Positions 10,001-17,637 of a stretch of 64,000 bases of DNA are shown piece by piece (positions within the stretch are counted from its first letter, which is position 1; the number at the start of each line of letters is the position of its first letter). A program made the position numbers and the translations under genes. The stretch comes from Terriglobia bacterium (GTDB lineage Bacteria > Acidobacteriota > Terriglobia > Bryobacterales > UBA6623). The stretch lies in NCBI GenBank assembly GCA_963824095.1, contig CAWGNS010000009.1, forward strand, positions 128,256-192,255, read 5' to 3'. The notes beneath the pieces were generated by a model, which was not told the DNA's origin, made no database searches, and worked only from the letters and a program-made list of their open reading frames with translations.

Positions 10001-10673
10001 GCGCGATCCGGCGAACTTCAAGGCGCAGCTCGCTATCGGGCAGATCCACCTGCAGGCCAACCGGCTCGCCCAAGCGCGCGAATCCCTCGACCGCGCAAGA
10101 AGTCTGCGAGAAGACTCCCCCGAACTCTGGAACAACATCGGCGGAGTCCAGATGGCCGGAAACAACTTTGCCGCCGCCGCCGAGAGCTTCGAGCGCGCGC
10201 TCGCCCTCGAGCCCGATCTGCCCTTCGCGCTCGTGAACGCCGGCCAGGCCTACGCGCAACTCAACCGCGCGGCCGAAGCCGAAAAGGACTTCCGCCGCGC
10301 GCTGGCGATCAACGGCAACGACGCCGAAGCCGCCAACCAGCTCGCGCTGCTGCTCGTTCGCCAGAACCGCGCCGCCGAAGCCAAAAAACTACTCCAACAG
10401 GCGATCGCGGCGGACCGCACCCATGTTTCCGCCATCAACAACCTGGCGGTACTCTATATCCAGGAGAACCAACTCCAGGACGCCATCGCCGCGCTACGCT
10501 ACGGAATCAAGGTCGCCCCGCAAGCCGAAATGCTTTACCTCAATCTGGCCCGCGTCTACGTTCAAAGCGGAGACCGCAAGCGCGCCCGCGACGTCCTCGA
10601 ACAGTTGCTCGCCGCAAAACCTGACAGCACAATCGCGCAGAACGCTCTGCGCGAGCTGGGAATCGCACGATGA
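7037..10673 (+). pseudogene. CRTAC1-family (FG-GAP/VCBS repeats + ASPIC/UnbV) protein with C-terminal TPR region; three apparent frame changes near the 5' end (or sequence errors)
   Basis: A Tat signal (MAATLSRRRFLALSAAAGFLG) and N-terminal domain are read in frame 2 from 7037. The main body is track ORF 7275..10673 (frame 3). It contains GDIDNDGWDEIYV-type FG-GAP repeats, the UnbV_ASPIC signature IGAWVTVEH...AGSGYLSQHTKHLHFGLG...VRWPGG, and TPR repeats at the C-terminus. Protein-like reading switches frame at about 7337, 7431 and 7487. Confidence 0.7.
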
Positions 10674-10681
10674 AGTCGCAA

Positions 10682-10762
10682 GGGAATTACCACCACGTTT
10701 CGCGCCTTGAATGGAGTGGTGTCGTCGCCGCAGCGTGCACGCGAAACGTGGTGACTGTCCCC
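10682..10762. repeat. Inverted-repeat element, family 2, copy 2
   Basis: GGGAATTACCACCACGTTTCGCG ... CGCGAAACGTGGTGACTGTCCCC. The arms match the family-2 arms at 16492-16572. Confidence 0.6.
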
Positions 10763-11137
10763 TTCCGCATATTGGCCGGCGCGACTTTGCTGGCCGCGAT
10801 CGCCCTCGCCCCACAACTGGCTCCGGCGCAAACGCCGCCGCGGGGAAATGGAGAACGCCTCCAGAACGAACAAACCACACGAACCAGCGAACAGCCCGCG
10901 TCTACCGCCACGGCGGAGCACGCCGTGCAACCCGACGCCGCCCTCCAACAGAAAATCGAACAGATCGCCGCCGAGGGCCGCGTCCAGCAAATCGGCGAAT
11001 CCTCCACCGAGCGCCTCACCCCCACACTGCGGCTGACGCCGGGCGCGCCGCCGATCCTGGCCTTTCGCTATTTCGACGGCCAAGCCCGCCACCGTTTCGG
11101 AGACCTTGACCTGGTAATGGACGATGCCGGCCACTAG
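10748..11137 (+). CDS. Possible small secreted hypothetical protein
   Basis: Part of track ORF 10670..11137. From GTG 10748 it reads VVTVPFRILAGATLLAAIALAPQLAPAQ (signal-like). Third codon positions are GC-rich and the end overlaps the next gene start. Weak call: the start lies inside a repeat arm and no homology is recognised. Confidence 0.3.
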   Translation: MVTVPFRILAGATLLAAIALAPQLAPAQTPPRGNGERLQNEQTTRTSEQPASTATAEHAVQPDAALQQKIEQIAAEGRVQQIGESSTERLTPTLRLTPGAPPILAFRYFDGQARHRFGDLDLVMDDAGH

Positions 11138-12227
11138 CAGAACCAACGTGCAAGCTCAACGTCGGGCAGGGCTCCGGCCTGCCCAGCCGGCCCTAAGTCC
11201 GGCCTTCCTCTGTGTCATCCTCTTCCTCGCCAGCGCACTGTGGCTCTCCGCCCAAACTGATCCGCTCAGCGGAGCCCTCGACCTCTATCAGAAGGGCCAA
11301 TACAGAACCGCCGAGACGCAATTCCAAACCCTGGTCCAGGCCGACCCGAAAAACGAAACCGCCAAAATCTTTCTGGCGCTGACGCGCGCGGCGCAAGGCC
11401 GCTGCTCCGAGGCGGCCAACGATCTCGAAAACTTCGAGACTCTCGCCGACAAAAATCTGCAGCGACTCGCCGGCCTCGCCCTGGCCCGCTGTCGCATCGC
11501 CGGCGATCGTTTCGACAAGGCCTTCGACGTTCTCTATCGCCTCAAGAAACTCCAACCCGACGACGCCGACGTCCTCTACGAGACCGCCCGGGCTCAGATG
11601 AAAGCCTGGAACGCCGTTGTCGAGGAGATGTTTCGAAAGACGCCGGCCTCGTTCCGGGTCAACCAACTCTCGGCGGAGATTTTCGAAATTCAGGGGCGCT
11701 ATGGCGAAGCTGTCGCCGAATACCGCAAAGCCATTGAGAAGGCGCCGGGCACGCTCAACCTGCACTACCGGCTGGCGCGCGCCCTGCTGATGGAATCGCA
11801 CGAGCCGGCGGCGCTCGAAGCCGCCAAGAAGGAATTCGAAGCCGAACTGGCCCTCAACCCCAACGACGCCGTGGCTCACTACCAGATCGCGCAGATTCTG
11901 GAAGCGCAACAGAAAAGCGCGGATGCGGTGCCGAGCTTGGAGCGCGCCGTCGAGCTCGATCCCGATTTCTCCGAAGCCCTGATCGCCCTGGGCCGCGCGC
12001 GCCTCGCCACCGGCCGCCACGACGACGCCATCAAGCTGCTGGAAAAGGCCGTGCAACTCACGCCGCAAAGCGAGTCCGCGCATTACGCGCTGATGCTTGC
12101 GTACCGCAACGCCGGCCGCCGCGAAGACGCCCAGCGCGAGAGCCAGCGCCTCAGCGAGCTCCAAAAATCGCCGCAAGGCGAATTTACGGATTTTCTGAAG
12201 CGCATCGGAGAGCAGCCGAAGCCATGA
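11124..12227 (+). CDS. TPR-repeat protein with N-terminal signal/anchor
   Basis: N-terminal hydrophobic FLCVILFLASALWLSAQ. Repeated TPR units, for example NPNDAVAHYQIAQILEAQQKSADAVPSLERAVELDPDFSEALIALGRA. Confidence 0.75.
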   Translation: MPATSRTNVQAQRRAGLRPAQPALSPAFLCVILFLASALWLSAQTDPLSGALDLYQKGQYRTAETQFQTLVQADPKNETAKIFLALTRAAQGRCSEAANDLENFETLADKNLQRLAGLALARCRIAGDRFDKAFDVLYRLKKLQPDDADVLYETARAQMKAWNAVVEEMFRKTPASFRVNQLSAEIFEIQGRYGEAVAEYRKAIEKAPGTLNLHYRLARALLMESHEPAALEAAKKEFEAELALNPNDAVAHYQIAQILEAQQKSADAVPSLERAVELDPDFSEALIALGRARLATGRHDDAIKLLEKAVQLTPQSESAHYALMLAYRNAGRREDAQRESQRLSELQKSPQGEFTDFLKRIGEQPKP

Positions 12228-13951
12228 AGGCGGCCGCCATTGTCCGTGGTGCGGAGCTTTGGCCCGCACATTCGGCCGTGAGGCCGAACCGAAACCCAAA
12301 CCACAATCTCTGGCCGTCGCTCATCACCGTATTCCTGTTGTTTTCCTGTATCCCACAAGCCGCCGCACAAACTCACCCCCATTTCGAAAACGTCGCCGCG
12401 CAGGCCGGGCTTACCCACGTCATTCCCAACGGCGGCGACCGGTCGAAGACCTGGATCCTCGAAACCACCGGCAGCGGTGCCGCCTGGGTCGACTACGACA
12501 ACGACGGCTTCCTCGACGCCCTTCTGGTTTCCGGGCCCGGCTCTCCCAATCGCCTCTACCACAACGACGGGCATGGCAAGTTCACCGACGTGACCGCCGA
12601 GGTCTTGCCCAAACGCGAAGGCTGGGGGCAAGGTGTCTGCGCCGGAGACTACGACAACGACGGTTTCACCGACCTGTTCGTCACCTATTGGGGAGAGAAC
12701 GCGCTGCTACGAAACCGAGCCGGCCAGCGCTTCGAAGACACCACCACAAAGGCCGGGCTCACTCAAAACCGCAAGCGCTATAACACCGGCTGCGCCTTCC
12801 TCGATTACGATGGCGACGGGGACCTCGATCTGTTCGTTGCCAACTACCTGCAATTCGATTTCGAGACGACGCCCAAGCCCGGCGACAATCCCTACTGCTT
12901 CTACCGCAATATCCCCGTCGCCTGCGGACCGCGCGGCCTGCCCTTCGACACGCAAATCCTCTACCGCAACAACGGCGACGGAACGTTTAGCGATGTCTCC
13001 GAAGCCGCCGGTATCACCCGGGCCGCCCAGCACTACGGCCTGGGGGTTCTCACCGGCGACTTCAACAATGACGGCTATCCCGATATCTATGTGGCCTGCG
13101 ATCGAACGCCGTCGATCCTATTCATCCATCAGAAGGACGGTACGTTTTCCGAAGAAGCTCTGATGCGGGGAACGGCGCTCGACGAAAACGGGAAGGCGTT
13201 GTCGGGGATGGGGGCCGCCGCCGCGGACTTCAACGGCGACGGCCGTCTCGACATTTTTCGAACGAACTTTTCCGACGAACGCTCGACGCTCTACCGCAAC
13301 CGTGGCGAAGGGGATTTCGACGAAGCGACCACCAACGCTGGTATGGCCCACAATACGCGCTACGTCGGCTGGGGCGCCGGTTTCTTCGACTTTGACAACG
13401 ACACCTGGCCTGACTTGCTACTCGTCAACGGCCACGTGTTTCCCGAGGTCGAGACGCTGCACACCGACATCCACTACCGCGACCACGCGATCCTCTACCG
13501 CAATCAGGGCGATGGAACGTTCGCCGATGTGTCTCAAACTTCCGGCCCGGGTATTCTCGAACCGCACGCGGCCCGCGGCGCCGCCTTCGGCGACTACGAC
13601 AACGACGGCCGTGTGGAAATCCTGATCAACAATCAGAACGAGCCGCCGACTCTGCTGCGGCAAACCGCGCCGGTCAAAGGCAACTGGATCATTCTCAAGC
13701 TAGAGGGAACGGCGGCAAATCGAAGTGCGATCGGCGCGCGGGTCGCGCTGAAAACCGGCGGCCGCACCCAGACGCAGGAAGTCCGCAGTGGCGGCAGCTA
13801 TCTCTCGCAGGGAGATCTACGCCTCCACTTCGGCCTCGGGGAAGCCCAAATCGTCGACCAGATCACGGTAACTTGGCCCGGCGGCCGCCAAACAACGCTG
13901 ACGGCGGTCGGCGCGAACCGCGTCCAAACGATTCAGGAACCGGGCCGATAG
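12224..13951 (+). CDS. CRTAC1-family FG-GAP repeat protein with ASPIC/UnbV domain
   Basis: ATGA overlap with the upstream gene. Repeated DYDNDGFLD / DYDGDGDLDLFVANY / DFNNDGYPDIYV / DFNGDGRLDIF motifs. C-terminal IGARVALKTGGRTQTQEVRSGGSYLSQGDLRLHFGLG...VTWPGG. Confidence 0.85.
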   Translation: MKAAAIVRGAELWPAHSAVRPNRNPNHNLWPSLITVFLLFSCIPQAAAQTHPHFENVAAQAGLTHVIPNGGDRSKTWILETTGSGAAWVDYDNDGFLDALLVSGPGSPNRLYHNDGHGKFTDVTAEVLPKREGWGQGVCAGDYDNDGFTDLFVTYWGENALLRNRAGQRFEDTTTKAGLTQNRKRYNTGCAFLDYDGDGDLDLFVANYLQFDFETTPKPGDNPYCFYRNIPVACGPRGLPFDTQILYRNNGDGTFSDVSEAAGITRAAQHYGLGVLTGDFNNDGYPDIYVACDRTPSILFIHQKDGTFSEEALMRGTALDENGKALSGMGAAAADFNGDGRLDIFRTNFSDERSTLYRNRGEGDFDEATTNAGMAHNTRYVGWGAGFFDFDNDTWPDLLLVNGHVFPEVETLHTDIHYRDHAILYRNQGDGTFADVSQTSGPGILEPHAARGAAFGDYDNDGRVEILINNQNEPPTLLRQTAPVKGNWIILKLEGTAANRSAIGARVALKTGGRTQTQEVRSGGSYLSQGDLRLHFGLGEAQIVDQITVTWPGGRQTTLTAVGANRVQTIQEPGR

Positions 13952-14001
13952 CCCACTGAGGCAACCATCGGCCCAGCGAACCCGCCCGGGCCTGCGTCCC
14001 G

Positions 14002-14496
14002 CTACGGCATCGGCAGCGGTTGATCGCTGTCGCCGATTTCGCGGTGCAGCTTCCACGAACCGTCGGCGCCGCGCTTGAAGATCACCAGGTAGTTGCCGGT
14101 GTTCTGCATCTCGTTGCCGCCCGATTTGGGCGTCAGCGCCATCACGTACGAGCCGTATTCATAGGCTAGGTCGCCCACGATCTGGGTATCGGCGGGAGTA
14201 ATCGCGATGTTGACGCTGAACGTCTCCACCAGCGCTTGGGCGGCCTGCTGGATGGCTTGTTTGCCGACGGCCGCCGGCTGGTTGTTGTTCATCACGACGG
14301 CGTCGTCGGTGTAAAGGTCGGAGATGCCCGACACATCGCCCGAGTTGTACATCGACATGTAGTGGTCGCGAATGGCATTGATCGGCGCCGGATCGGGTGG
14401 CGTGGCGGCCTTCGACTCCGGCGCCGGAGCCGGTTGGCACGCCAGGAAGGTCATCGACAACAAGACGGTGGTGCACAGGGACTTGAGCAACTGCAT
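14002..14496 (-). CDS. Lipoprotein with SnoaL-like / DUF4440 (NTF2-fold) domain
   Basis: I moved the start to ATG 14496, which has a GGAGAGGAGAA RBS upstream. Lipobox LSMTFLAC. NTF2-like core ...MYNSGDVSGISDLYTDDAVVM...GNYLVIFKRGADGSWKLHREI. Confidence 0.7.
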   Translation of the reverse strand: MQLLKSLCTTVLLSMTFLACQPAPAPESKAATPPDPAPINAIRDHYMSMYNSGDVSGISDLYTDDAVVMNNNQPAAVGKQAIQQAAQALVETFSVNIAITPADTQIVGDLAYEYGSYVMALTPKSGGNEMQNTGNYLVIFKRGADGSWKLHREIGDSDQPLPMP

Positions 14497-14791
14497 CGCG
14501 TTCTCCTCTCCGTAGTGCGACTCGGTTGTATTTTTGGGGCGGCAGGCGAACCGTGGCACCTGCCGCGCGCGATTATACGCCCGTTGGCCGGACGCCCGCA
14601 AAGGGCGGATATTCCCCGGCAAAGTGAAATACGCCTAGAATTGCCCGTGCCGGGATCGATACTAACCGTGGGTGGCCCTGGGGACGGGTGCGGTGTTTCG
14701 TTCTTCGGAAACGGCGCGGCAGCCCGATTTCGGTGAACGTGACACACCGGTCCGCTGAGGCCCAACAGCGATTCAGCCAGGTCGACCCACT

Positions 14792-15715
14792 TTGAGACGG
14801 ACCGTGAACCTTTCGCGCATAGCGTTTCCCGACCCCAGGCTGCTGGCCCTTTTGCCGCTGATTTGCTGCTGCCTGCCGGCGGCCCCCAACCTGGAGCCGG
14901 TGCCGGCGCGGCGGGAACGGCCCTCCGCGATCGAGAGGCAACGCGCCGCGGCCGGCCGCCAGATGGCGAGCCTCTCGGAGACCGCCGGCCGGGCACGGCA
15001 GTGGGCGCAGTCGGCGCGAGAGCGCCAGCAGGCCGCGGCTGAACGTCAGCGGGCCGCAGCCGAACGCCAACGAGCCGCAGCTCAATATCCAGCCGCGGCC
15101 GATGGCCCGCTCGCCGCGCTTGCCGGGCGGCGCAGTGCCATCGAACAGCAGCGGGCCTCGATCGGCCGTCAACTGGCGTCGGTGGAGAAGCAGGTGGGGG
15201 CCGTCCACCCCGGCGGAGCGGTCTTTACTGCCGCTGCGACTGCCGATACGGCCGACGCCGCGTCGTGGGCTTCTCCCGCCGGCCCGGAGTGTCGCCGCAT
15301 CGCGCCGGCGGAAATTCATCCCTACGTCGAACAGGTCGCGAAGCGCGAAAGCCTTTCGCCCGAATTGCTGCGCGTGGTGATCGCCCATGAATCCAGTTTT
15401 TGGCCCTGCGCGGTTTCGCGCAAGGGGGCGATGGGAATGATGCAGTTGATGCCGGGGACGGCCGCCGACTTGGGCGTGACGCATCCGTTCGACGCCGAGG
15501 AGAACATCGACGGCGGCGCACGCTATCTCAGCTACCTGAAGGAGCGCTTCGGCGGCGATCTGCGATTGGCGCTGGCCGCCTACAACGCCGGGCCGCGGCG
15601 CGTCGACGCCTACCGCGGAGTGCCGCCGATTCCCGAGACGGTGAGCTACGTGTCGAGCATCCTGAGGCAGTTGGACGCGCCGGCACGGGCGAATGCCCCA
15701 CTGGAAACCCCGTAA
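14792..15715 (+). CDS. Lytic transglycosylase (SLT domain) with N-terminal ERQRAAA repeats
   Basis: SLT signatures IAHESSFWPCAVSRKGAMGMMQLMPGTA and AAYNAGPRRV. TTG 14792 (track) or GTG 14804 is the possible start. Signal-like LLALLPLICCCLPA. Confidence 0.8.
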   Translation: MRRTVNLSRIAFPDPRLLALLPLICCCLPAAPNLEPVPARRERPSAIERQRAAAGRQMASLSETAGRARQWAQSARERQQAAAERQRAAAERQRAAAQYPAAADGPLAALAGRRSAIEQQRASIGRQLASVEKQVGAVHPGGAVFTAAATADTADAASWASPAGPECRRIAPAEIHPYVEQVAKRESLSPELLRVVIAHESSFWPCAVSRKGAMGMMQLMPGTAADLGVTHPFDAEENIDGGARYLSYLKERFGGDLRLALAAYNAGPRRVDAYRGVPPIPETVSYVSSILRQLDAPARANAPLETP

Positions 15716-15863
15716 CGCAGGGCTGGCGCATTTCCGGACCTGCGGCTTTTTGCCTGGCCCCACGCCCGCAAGTGCGCCCGGTTCCAGCACTTGCGGCCTG
15801 TTACTCGGCCTCCCCAAATGCCCCAAAAGCCGCAGGTCTGGAAATGCGCCAGCCCTGTGCTAC
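15712..15863. repeat. MITE/REP-like inverted-repeat element, family 1, copy B (152 bp)
   Basis: Arms GTAACGCAGGGCTGGCGCATTTCCGGACCTGCGGC (15712-15746) and GCCGCAGGTCTGGAAATGCGCCAGCCCTGTGCTAC (15829-15863). The TAA stop of the transglycosylase (15713-15715) lies inside the left arm. Confidence 0.7.
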
Positions 15864-15920
15864 GCGGGTTTCGAAGCGATTCTTGGGCGGGTGATAGACT
15901 GGGAGCAGGAGGCAGAAGAA

Positions 15921-16352
15921 TTGAACTATCCGGAACCTTTTATTGCGCCCATGAGGCGGGAACTGGCTGAGCAGGGCGTGATCGAGACGCGTACGCCTCA
16001 GCAGGTCGACGAGCTATTGGGACCCGATAGCGGAACCGTTCTTATGGTCGTCAATTCGGTGTGTGGCTGCGCCGCCGGCAAGGCCCGCCCGGGCCTGCTC
16101 GAGTCGCTCAAGCACACGGTCGTGCCGGACAAAGTGGCCACGGTTTTTGCTGGCGGCGACCCCGAAGCGACAGCGCGTGTTCGCGAGATCCTGTCGGAAT
16201 ATCCGCCTTCTTCGCCGTCGATGGCGCTGTTTCGGGACGGCCGCCCGGTGTTCATGCTACAGCGCTTCGAGATTGAAGGCCGCGACGCCCCGGCGATCGC
16301 CGGCATTCTCAAGCAAGCCTACGACGATCACTGCGCCAAGAAAACGGCCTGA
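15921..16352 (+). CDS. Bacilliredoxin-like protein (BrxA/BrxB, YphP/YqiW, DUF1094 family)
   Basis: TTG 15921 is preceded by GGAGCAGGAGG. ATG 15951 is an alternative start. PMRRELAEQGVIETRTPQQVDELL and VVNSVCGCAAGKARPG (CGC redox motif) match the YphP-type pattern. Confidence 0.7.
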   Translation: MNYPEPFIAPMRRELAEQGVIETRTPQQVDELLGPDSGTVLMVVNSVCGCAAGKARPGLLESLKHTVVPDKVATVFAGGDPEATARVREILSEYPPSSPSMALFRDGRPVFMLQRFEIEGRDAPAIAGILKQAYDDHCAKKTA

Positions 16353-16491
16353 CGCTTCGCGACCTGGCGCGTTTCGGAGGGGGGGGTGCCTTGGAATCGA
16401 GGCGCTTCGCCGCGGGCTTTTGCGGCGACTCGGCCCGCCGCCTTACCAGGCTGCGGAAAAACTCCGGTGTGGCCCGGCAGTGGTGCTTCAT

Positions 16492-16572
16492 GGGGACAGT
16501 CACCGCGTTTCGCGCCTCAATTTTTCAGGGGTTTGCGGGATTCGCAGGGTGCGAAATACGGTGACTGTCCCC
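16492..16572. repeat. Inverted-repeat element, family 2, copy 3
   Basis: GGGGACAGTCACCGCGTTTCGCGCC ... GGTGCGAAATACGGTGACTGTCCCC. The arms are about 25 nt with a 31-nt interior. Confidence 0.65.
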
Positions 16573-16594
16573 CTCCGGCAGAGTTTTTCTGCAG

Positions 16595-16617
16595 CCTGTT
16601 ACGCCTGCGGCTCTGTT
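16595..16617. repeat. Solo arm of family-3 repeat (CCTGTTACGCCTGCGGCTCTGTT)
   Basis: Matches the right arm of the 33241-33501 element (GCTTACGCCTGCGGCTCTGTT) and the reverse complement of 63918-63954. Confidence 0.45.
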
Positions 16618-16641
16618 TTTGGGTTTGGGGCTGGGTCGGCG

Positions 16642-17274
16642 CTACCTTTCCTCGTTGAGCATGGCGGCTACGACGTTGGAGCCGCTGGCCGTGAGCCGGC
16701 GGCCGGCTGCTTGGATCTCGCTCACTCGCGTGACGCGCGGCGCGACCGCCAGCACGATGGCGTCGGGTACGTCGAACGGAAATGTCAGGTATTCGGCGTC
16801 GTCGGCCGCCGGCAGGTCGATGATCATGTTTGGGAAACGCTGCCGCAGCCTTTTGTAATAGCCTCGAAAGCGCCTGCCGACTTCTTCCTTTTGCCGCCGC
16901 TCGTGCAACGGCCTGCCCGCGGGCAGCACGCTCAGGCGCGGCATTGCCGTGCGGTGGATCACCCGCTCTTCTTCCATGCCGTCGAACAGGGCTTCGACCA
17001 GCCCGGGGCCCGCGGGGGCTCCCAGCGAGGCCGCCAGCCCGGGATGGCGCAGGTTGGCTTCCACCAACAGCACCGGCTCGTCGGCGTACTGCGTGATCCA
17101 TTCGCCCAGCGCCGCGGTCAGATAGGCCGCTCCCTGCCGCGGGCTTGCCGGGCAGATGCCCAGCGACTCGCAGCTTTCCAGCGCCGACTTGCCCAGCAGG
17201 TCCGCCAGGACTTCGCCCCAGCGGCTGCGCGGCCCTCCCAGCCGCCCTTCGATGCGCTCCGCTAACGTCGCCAC
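16642..17274 (-). CDS. BY-kinase-like (CpsD/CapB/Wzc C-terminal, ParA/MinD-fold) protein with degenerate Walker A
   Basis: GTG start with a GGGAGGA RBS. Walker A' region VLLVEANLRHP and Walker B-like MIIDLPAADD are present. The position expected for P-loop (P)GEGKS/T reads SPRQGAAY. No C-terminal Tyr cluster. Confidence 0.6.
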   Translation of the reverse strand: MATLAERIEGRLGGPRSRWGEVLADLLGKSALESCESLGICPASPRQGAAYLTAALGEWITQYADEPVLLVEANLRHPGLAASLGAPAGPGLVEALFDGMEEERVIHRTAMPRLSVLPAGRPLHERRQKEEVGRRFRGYYKRLRQRFPNMIIDLPAADDAEYLTFPFDVPDAIVLAVAPRVTRVSEIQAAGRRLTASGSNVVAAMLNEER

Positions 17275-17637
17275 TCCGGCTTCCTCCCTTGGTTACACCG
17301 ACCCGTTTTTCTCGACCCGCTCCCCCGTGGGGTCGTTGCTCCACTACCGCCGAACTTTATTGACCACCCTCTGTCTCGGTTTTCTGGTTCCATTTCGTTG
17401 TCTCTCCCGGTGTTTCCCGGTTGTTTCTGGAACTCGTTGCCGATTGAGCTTGGCGCGGCCACCGCTTGCTTACGCGCGCGGTTCGGTTTGGTTGTGTGCC
17501 TTTCGCTCTTCGCTGTTGTTCGTTCCTCGCTGTGTCCTGTCGCTACGTCCACTTCGCTTGTCTACTGCACTGCGTGTTCGTCACTGTCTTTGTGTCACCG
17601 CGTCTACATTCCTGCGTCGAAGCGTCTCGCGAGTTGG

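Noticed and set aside
10670-10747. ATG 10670 (ATGA overlap with the CRTAC1-TPR stop) as start of the 155-aa ORF
   Set aside because: The first 26 codons are simply the translation of family-2 repeat copy 2 (..HHVSRLEWSGVV..). A start downstream is more plausible if the ORF is real at all.
14554-14569. Plus-strand TGGCACCTGCCGCGCG with a perfect -24 TGGCAC and GC at the -12 register, 220 nt upstream of the transglycosylase
   Set aside because: The -12 element lacks the TTGC(A/T) context (CGCG instead). In this GC-rich DNA a correctly spaced GC is weak evidence, and no activator link exists.
16379-16386. G8 homopolymer downstream of the bacilliredoxin-like gene
   Set aside because: It is intergenic, so no phase-variable ORF is affected. 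I note it only as a possible hotspot for sequencing indels.
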